Source: Camelus dromedarius (Eukaryota). From it: a stretch of DNA of 64,000 nt. Location: positions 18,416,001-18,480,000 of the forward strand of contig NC_087436.1 in NCBI RefSeq assembly GCF_036321535.1, in the 5' to 3' direction. Position 1 is the first letter of the stretch. Each line of letters starts with the position of its first letter. The position numbers and the translations under genes were made by a program. The notes below the pieces were generated by a model. It ran no database searches. It saw only the letters and a program-made list of their open reading frames with translations, and was not told the origin of the DNA. Positions 63,437-64,000 of the stretch are shown here, piece by piece.

Positions 63437-63958
63437 TGTGATGATTAATTTTATGTGCCAACTTGACTGGGCTAAGAGAAACCCAGAGAGCTGGTAGAAG
63501 ATTATTTCTGGGTATGTCTGTGAGAGTGTTTTTTGGAAGAGAGTAGCATTCGATTCAGTAGACTGAGTGAAGAGATCCACCCTCGCCAATGGAGGTGGCA
63601 TCATCCAACCTAATCTGCTGAGGGCCCAAATAGGACACAAAGGCAAAGGAAGGGTGTATTCCCTCTCTCTCTTCTTGAGCTGGGATGTCTATCTTTTCTT
63701 GATCTTGCACACTGGATATCGGACATCTGAGCTCCTGATTCTCAGGACTTCAGACTTAGGGACTTAAACCAGCAGCCCTTCCCCTGTTTGTCAGGCCTCC
63801 AGTCACGGACTGAATTACACCATCAGCTTTCCTGCTTGTCAAGCTTGCAGATGGCAGATTGTGGGACTTCTCCGCCACCATAGGCACATGAGCCAATCCC
63901 TATAAAAAATCTACAAATACCTCCTATTGGTTCTGCTTCTCTGGAGAACCCTAACACA
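63437..63958 (+). mobile_element. ERVL solo LTR (MLT2-like)
   Basis: tgtgatgattaattttatgtgccaacttgactgggct...gcagatggcagattgtgggacttctc...ctctggagaaccctaacaca. Confidence 0.9.
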
Positions 63959-64000
63959 TCCCTCTTTGCCTGGAACGGCACACCTATTTTCTTGGCATCC

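Noticed and set aside
60523..63958. Two same-orientation MLT2 LTRs as a provirus
   Set aside because: The 2.4-kb interval holds L2-like and unique sequence with no recognisable gag/pol, the LTRs are quite diverged from each other, and there is no shared outer TSD; two solo LTRs are more likely.

Overview
Mammalian genomic DNA. The only recognisable gene is ARHGAP10 (GRAF2; BAR-PH-RhoGAP-SH3) on the minus strand. Its first coding exon (55228-55381, 154 nt, strong Kozak, GT donor) lies in a CpG island at about 54950-56010. Positions 1-55227 are intron 1; I did not find exon 2 in the window. Positions after about 55.6 kb are promoter and upstream sequence. The rest is mostly transposon debris: young L1 3' fragments, a short tRNA-derived SINE that looks camelid (Vic-1-like), ERV1 and MaLR/ERVL solo LTRs, MIR, L2 and DNA-transposon MITEs. 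Nearly all other ORFs are chance ORFs or L1 ORF2 remnants. I see no new protein-coding system. The most unusual signal is three retroposed inserts (about 35.3, 36.0 and 45.5 kb) in which a young L1 3' UTR fragment is joined to a foreign piece carrying AATAAA and an A-tail. Also notable: a 25-bp micro-inversion in an L1, a 12-codon uORF in the probable ARHGAP10 leader, and an inverted SINE pair. Repeat subfamily names come from recalled consensus motifs, not a RepeatMasker run, and old-repeat boundaries are approximate.
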